A stretch of 20,000 nt of DNA, from IMG/VR virus record IMGVR_UViG_3300002835_000124; one strand, given 5' to 3'. Origin of the DNA: an uncultured virus (IMG/VR IMGVR_UViG_3300002835_000124) (taxonomy: Duplodnaviria > Heunggongvirae > Uroviricota > Caudoviricetes). The position numbers and the translations under genes are program-made. The first letter of the stretch is position 1, and each line of letters begins with the position of its first letter. Shown one piece after another: positions 16,374-20,000 of the stretch. The notes beneath the pieces were generated by a model, which saw only the letters and a list, made by a program, of their open reading frames with translations, was not told the origin of the DNA and did no database searches.

Positions 16374-16551
16374 CTGATTCATCTTCATCCTCTTCTTCAG
16401 GTTCAGGTTGTTCATCTACATCAATAGAATAAACTTCACTTGAATAGCCGTAGTCTTCGTAGTGCCAGCCTTGCTCTTCAGCCTCAGCCTCGTTCTCTGC
16501 TTCTACCTCGTAGTTATATTCAACGATTACTTTTACATCATATGTGGGCAT
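16366..16551 (-). CDS. very acidic small protein, DpnD/PcfM-like pattern
   Basis: AAAGGA RBS; MPTYDVKVIVEYNYEVEAENEAEAEE. Confidence 0.75.
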   Translation of the reverse strand: MPTYDVKVIVEYNYEVEAENEAEAEEQGWHYEDYGYSSEVYSIDVDEQPEPEEEDEDESDE

Positions 16552-16580
16552 TTTGGGATTTCCTTTTTTTGGTCTTAATA

Positions 16581-16811
16581 TTAATTATAGGGGTTGGAGT
16601 TGATTTTTACAACTTCTTTTGATGTGACTTCCCTCACACTGTTCGCAATGGCAGGGGATGTACCAACATTAATTATATTAGGAGATCCACAAGAACACCA
16701 CCCTCTCCAGGATTTAAGTTTTATCAAGGTAGTAATCTCCATCAAAGCATCACAGTCATTACATACGTAATCATACTTAGTCCAGTTATTATCCATAGAA
16801 TGTGTTCTCAT
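16581..16811 (-). CDS. zinc-ribbon hypothetical protein
   Basis: YVCNDCD...WCSCGS; start could be 16796. Confidence 0.65.
   Translation of the reverse strand: MRTHSMDNNWTKYDYVCNDCDALMEITTLIKLKSWRGWCSCGSPNIINVGTSPAIANSVREVTSKEVVKINSNPYN
16584..16612 (-). promoter_or_regulatory. sigma70/SigA-type promoter
   Basis: TTGTAA-17-TATAAT. Confidence 0.6.
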
Positions 16812-16965
16812 CTATATACCCTTCTGCTAGTAGGCCCTCAAAGAAGTCCCATACTATTAGTAATTGTTTATAGTTTTGCTCATCCCCCTGATTTTTGGCG
16901 GTATCAATAGCCCAAGTTAAACTATCACCAAATGCTTGTATATCCTTATATGTATAACCTAGCAT
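16789..16965 (-). CDS. 58-aa hypothetical protein
   Basis: TAATG-coupled start MLGYTYKDI...DFFEGLLAEGY. Confidence 0.7.
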   Translation of the reverse strand: MLGYTYKDIQAFGDSLTWAIDTAKNQGDEQNYKQLLIVWDFFEGLLAEGYIDENTFYG

Positions 16966-17126
16966 TACTCTCCCCAATATTTTAGAATAGTGTTGAGGGT
17001 ATTGTGTATATAGCAATCACAATCTTCTCCCCCCATATTATCCATGAAATCAATATGAGAGAAGTTGTCCTCATAGATTTGCTCTACGAGTTGGGCTATG
17101 GTTTTTTCATTGGTTTGTGTGGTCAT
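16965..17126 (-). CDS. 53-aa hypothetical protein
   Basis: MTTQTNEKTIAQLVEQIYEDNFSH...GGEDCDCYIHNTL...; leaderless promoter; coupled to next ORF. Confidence 0.7.
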   Translation of the reverse strand: MTTQTNEKTIAQLVEQIYEDNFSHIDFMDNMGGEDCDCYIHNTLNTILKYWGE

Positions 17127-17132
17127 GTATTA

Positions 17133-17161
17133 ATTATCCTACAAACTGGGAAAAAAGTCAA
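17133..17161 (-). promoter_or_regulatory. leaderless promoter
   Basis: TTGACT-17-GATAAT-6nt-ATG(17126). Confidence 0.7.
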
Positions 17162-17240
17162 ACATCCGTAATGAGAAAATGGGAAAAATATCATTCCAAC
17201 GTAATAAGATTATAACAAAAATGTTACACTCGGGCACCTG

Positions 17241-17314
17241 CGATCCCAACGGGACTTGAACCCGTAGCCTTTACCGTGACAGGGTAACGATCTAACCAAT
17301 TGATCTATGGGACC
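17241..17314 (-). tRNA. trnD: tRNA-Asp(GUC)
   Basis: GGTCCCA/TGGGATC acceptor, GATC/GATC D-stem, TTACC-CTGTCAC-GGTAA anticodon arm, ACGGG-TTCAAGT-CCCGT T-arm, G73. Confidence 0.95.
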
Positions 17315-17318
17315 AGCG

Positions 17319-17346
17319 GAGCAGTTTGAAATCATGCTCAGGATTT
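17319..17346 (-). ncRNA. candidate H-type pseudoknot motif, copy B
   Basis: AAATC-CT-GAGCA-T-GATTT-CAAAC-TGCTC. Confidence 0.7.
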
Positions 17347-17352
17347 TATTTA

Positions 17353-18369
17353 CTAAACTAGTTGTAGCGTATTACGAACAACAGTTAGTAAGCGATTTTT
17401 TTCTGCATTGATAGCAGGGTCAAATCCAGAAGCAGAAGCAAGAATACTTTCATTGCTACCACCACGAGCAGAACGATACCAGTCAAGACGCTCAGTAAGT
17501 GCATTGAACGCACCCCACGCATTACCAGCAATCATTCCGTTATATTCTCCAGTGTAAATGTCATTGATAACATCTACCTTGTTTTCCCATTTCTTTACAG
17601 CGCCCTTAGTATCTTTATCTGGCTTAGGGTAAGCAGCAAGAATAATGTCATTGAAATCTTTTGCTGAGATTTCTTTTGCAATCATAGCATGTGCCATCTT
17701 ATCAAATTCGTCCATGTAAGCATTGGCAAGACCTAGTGTCTGACGAGCAATAGCCACTTTACCATTTGCAGTTTGAGTATGACGGATTTTGAAAGATTGC
17801 TTGACGCCATCTTTTTTCTTAGTACGATTTAACGCAACATTAAGAGTATTAGCACACACAACACGAACAGGTGTTATGCTTGCTTGAATTGCGATTGAGC
17901 CATCATGAGATGTGTTGATGAGTAAATAAGTCTTTACAACATCTGCCACACCATTAGGGTCTAGCACAGTTTCACGCTCTAATGCAAGAGAGCCAAATAC
18001 TTGACGACCACCCTTTAGAGAGCCAGCAGTTTCCCAACGACCACCGCCATCAAGAATGTTATCACCAAATGAAAATAAATCTTCATTCTGCAATACATGG
18101 TAACGCTCACCAACTACACCCAAAATATCAGTCTGGGTTTTGTCAGTAGGATTTGTACGCACTACATATTGATATTCTTTATCACTAGATAAGTGAGATG
18201 GAATTGGCATATCCTCAAGACGAACATTCCAATTATTAAGATTAGCAGCAACTAACATTTCGCTAGTTGTTTTTTCCTCAGTAAACACAGTGCCAAGACC
18301 ATGCCACGCAGGTTCACGCAATGACGCAAAACTTGCTACGCCATTTTGAGTTTCTAACTCATGAGCCAT
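17353..18369 (-). CDS. DUF932-family phage/plasmid-like protein (TIGR03299 type)
   Basis: MAHELE, REPAWHGLG, ETAGSLKGGRQVF, NTSHDGS, TPVRVVCANTL, IRHT, AWGAFNALTE. Confidence 0.92.
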   Translation of the reverse strand: MAHELETQNGVASFASLREPAWHGLGTVFTEEKTTSEMLVAANLNNWNVRLEDMPIPSHLSSDKEYQYVVRTNPTDKTQTDILGVVGERYHVLQNEDLFSFGDNILDGGGRWETAGSLKGGRQVFGSLALERETVLDPNGVADVVKTYLLINTSHDGSIAIQASITPVRVVCANTLNVALNRTKKKDGVKQSFKIRHTQTANGKVAIARQTLGLANAYMDEFDKMAHAMIAKEISAKDFNDIILAAYPKPDKDTKGAVKKWENKVDVINDIYTGEYNGMIAGNAWGAFNALTERLDWYRSARGGSNESILASASGFDPAINAEKNRLLTVVRNTLQLV

Positions 18370-18395
18370 TTTTATCCTTTCGGTTGTTTTAATTA

Positions 18396-18424
18396 AGTTT
18401 AGCAGTCATGGCTGACAATGTCAA
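18396..18424 (-). promoter_or_regulatory. sigma70/SigA-type promoter with TTGTCAG spacer motif
   Basis: TTGACA-TTGTCAGCCATGACTGC(17)-TAAACT. Confidence 0.75.
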
Positions 18425-18507
18425 CTAGGATTAGGGAAAATGGTTTAATCTTCTTAATTAGGATAAATCGGACATTTCAGGCCCCCCGAGTTTTTTAAAT
18501 AGAGGTG

Positions 18508-18535
18508 GGGCCTTTTTAAATCATGCCCAGGATCT
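18508..18535 (-). ncRNA. candidate H-type pseudoknot motif, copy C
   Basis: AGATC-CT-GGGCA-T-GATTT-AAAAA-GGCCC. Confidence 0.6.
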
Positions 18536-18556
18536 TTTGATAGCCCCCTATCAAAT

Positions 18557-19036
18557 TTAGTAGTGGTCCTCTAATGAAACTTCATCTACATTTAAGTCTG
18601 CGTCATAGTCATATGAACTTAACTCAGCCTCAATTGAAACATTGCTTAAATCAAAGTCAGCAATTTCTGACATTGGGACGCTGATTGTTCCGCTGAATGA
18701 AACTGTTCCCTGTACTTCAATTTCCTTGACTGGATTAACACCAAAGAGTTCGCATAGCGCTACAAGAACTTCTTCTTTAGAATAGTTAGGGTCGTACCAT
18801 TCTACAATACTATCTTCAAGTTGACTCACTGTCCCCTGCAGATTACGCAATAGGTCTTCTTTAGCACGAGAACTGTGTAGGTCCCATTCAAGTTCTGTTA
18901 CCTTGGATGTTAAATAAGTTGGCTCTTCAGGGGCAGCATATGTGCCAGCAATAGCCTTATACGTTACGAGAAGGTTTGGGTTGTACGGTACTTCTAGTTT
19001 ATCAATTGTTACGGCGTCATTAATATTAGTTGACAT
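18557..19036 (-). CDS. acidic hypothetical protein
   Basis: 159 aa; AAGGAAGAGG upstream; consensus promoter. Confidence 0.8.
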   Translation of the reverse strand: MSTNINDAVTIDKLEVPYNPNLLVTYKAIAGTYAAPEEPTYLTSKVTELEWDLHSSRAKEDLLRNLQGTVSQLEDSIVEWYDPNYSKEEVLVALCELFGVNPVKEIEVQGTVSFSGTISVPMSEIADFDLSNVSIEAELSSYDYDADLNVDEVSLEDHY

Positions 19037-19071
19037 TGTGGGGCCTCTTCCTTGTTAGTTGGTTTATATTA

Positions 19072-19101
19072 ATTATATTACAGGGTACTGACAAATGTCA
19101 A
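19072..19101 (-). promoter_or_regulatory. consensus sigma70/SigA promoter with TTGTCAG spacer motif
   Basis: TTGACA-TTTGTCAGTACCCTGTAA(18)-TATAAT. Confidence 0.85.
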
Positions 19102-19599
19102 TTACCAAGATGATTGATAGTAGAATGAGAGATTATCAAATTCAGGTAGGGCAAGGACACGCTCTAGTTGAGCAATAGTGCTCTTTAGATCATTCCAATA
19201 CCATTCATCAATATCTGTTCCACCAAAGAAAAATCCTTCTCTTGGTGGCAATAAGTTTGGGTCTTTAGTTTCTAAGGAGTGATTGCATATAGCAAGAAGT
19301 TCTATTAGTTTATCTTGTGGAACATAGTACTCTCCGCAATTATCCTCGCCACCTTGAACATTTGTAACGAACCAGTTGTGTATCTGATTAGCCTTGCGCC
19401 AGTAGGCACATGTAACTTCTACGGTTGCTCCATACATATCTGTAGCGACGTCTGTAAGTTGAGTTAATTCCATGAGGTCATTGAATTGTGGATAGACGGC
19501 TTCAGGTGAGTTATAAGTTAATTCATCATTAGCCTGTAGTGTGTGCCAATTAACTTTGGCTAAGTGCTTTCTTGCGTTGAGATACATATCTAATCCCAT
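19102..19599 (-). CDS. conserved phage hypothetical protein (MGLDMYL...YWRKANQIH type)
   Basis: AAGGAAG RBS; MGLDMYL, YWRKANQIHNWFV, LPPREGFFFG, FYYQSSW. Confidence 0.85.
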   Translation of the reverse strand: MGLDMYLNARKHLAKVNWHTLQANDELTYNSPEAVYPQFNDLMELTQLTDVATDMYGATVEVTCAYWRKANQIHNWFVTNVQGGEDNCGEYYVPQDKLIELLAICNHSLETKDPNLLPPREGFFFGGTDIDEWYWNDLKSTIAQLERVLALPEFDNLSFYYQSSW

Positions 19600-19633
19600 G
19601 GGGGCTTCCTTCTTTCTTTGTGGTATTAATATA

Positions 19634-19662
19634 ATTCTAACACCAAGAACTGACAAATACAA
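19634..19662 (-). promoter_or_regulatory. promoter with TTGTCAG spacer motif
   Basis: TTGTAT-TTGTCAGTTCTTGGTGT(17)-TAGAAT. Confidence 0.7.
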
Positions 19663-19745
19663 TTGGGAATCTTAAATGTCTCACATAATGAGATGTGATT
19701 TAGATCACGTTGCCTCGGGCCCGCTTTGCGGGGGAATTAAAAAGT

Positions 19746-19774
19746 GAGCAGTTTAGAACTCATACTCAGGAGTC
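19746..19774 (-). ncRNA. candidate H-type pseudoknot motif, copy D
   Basis: GACTC-CT-GAGTA-T-GAGTT-CTAAAC-TGCTC. Confidence 0.7.
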
Positions 19775-19822
19775 TTATCTCAGGGAACGCTTGCTATAAA
19801 TAGCGTGGAGCGCAGAGATAAA

Positions 19823-19993
19823 TTATTTAGTTGTGCTTACCATAGCAAGACGACGAGAGCCGTTTGCCAACTGTAGCGATACTCTAGTTAGTTTAGAGTT
19901 GATAGGTGAGAACTTTACAATTCTACCTGTGATACCAGTTTTGCTTGTGGTGAATAAATCACCAAGTTGGTATGTGTATCCGCCTAGTGTCAT
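19823..19993 (-). CDS. 56-aa basic, SH3/KOW-like beta protein
   Basis: MTLGGYTYQLGDLFTTSKTGITGRIVKFSPINSKLTRVSLQLANGSRRLAMVSTTK. Confidence 0.7.
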   Translation of the reverse strand: MTLGGYTYQLGDLFTTSKTGITGRIVKFSPINSKLTRVSLQLANGSRRLAMVSTTK

Positions 19994-20000
19994 TTGTATT

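Noticed and set aside
17319..17346. Pseudoknot motif read as a hammerhead or HDV-like (theta) ribozyme
   Set aside because: No CUGANGA...GAAA three-stem core and no nested double pseudoknot; it lies 5' of the tRNA, whereas theta ribozymes follow tRNA 3' ends
316..18369. Antisense or out-of-frame ORFs from the track (316-597, 746-985, 1106-1303, 1387-1632, 3000-3203, 3531-3719, 4620-4814, 6416-6607, 8044-8232, 8575-8769, 9645-9875, 10348-10626, 11929-12120, 14590-14793, 15555-15875, 16245-16427, 16440-16622)
   Set aside because: They shadow better-supported, coupled genes and lack motifs or expression signals
1..20000. Stop-codon reassignment
   Set aside because: Genes are intact and tightly coupled under the standard code using TAA, TAG and TGA; anticodon UAA reads Leu UUA and is not a suppressor

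Overview
AT-rich segment of a large tailed phage genome, most likely infecting an actinobacterium. The host call is inferred from many leaderless -10/ATG promoters, CCA-less tRNAs, a short-variable-arm tRNA-Leu(UAA) and a holin-like gene. From left to right: (1) rightward genes at 1-2.4 kb (DUF6065-like, DUF1427/XapX, holin-like, Stealth-like phosphotransferase); (2) a leftward, tightly coupled glycan-synthesis cluster at 2.4-8.3 kb (five glycosyltransferase-like genes, an FkbM methyltransferase, an NDP-sugar epimerase); (3) a very compact 4-tRNA array and micro-ORFs, many Cys/His-rich, at 9.2-11.6 kb; (4) a rightward fibre-like repeat protein plus a small partner at 11.6-13.1 kb; (5) a ~1 kb non-coding, repeat-dense region at 13.2-14.2 kb; (6) a leftward early-type region of small acidic ORFs, tRNA-Asp and a DUF932 gene behind strong sigma70/SigA-type promoters. 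The most notable signal is a ~28-nt H-type RNA pseudoknot motif in four copies. Both stems show compensatory changes, and each copy lies on the sense strand just after a stop codon. All family calls are by eye from motifs; no database searches were run.
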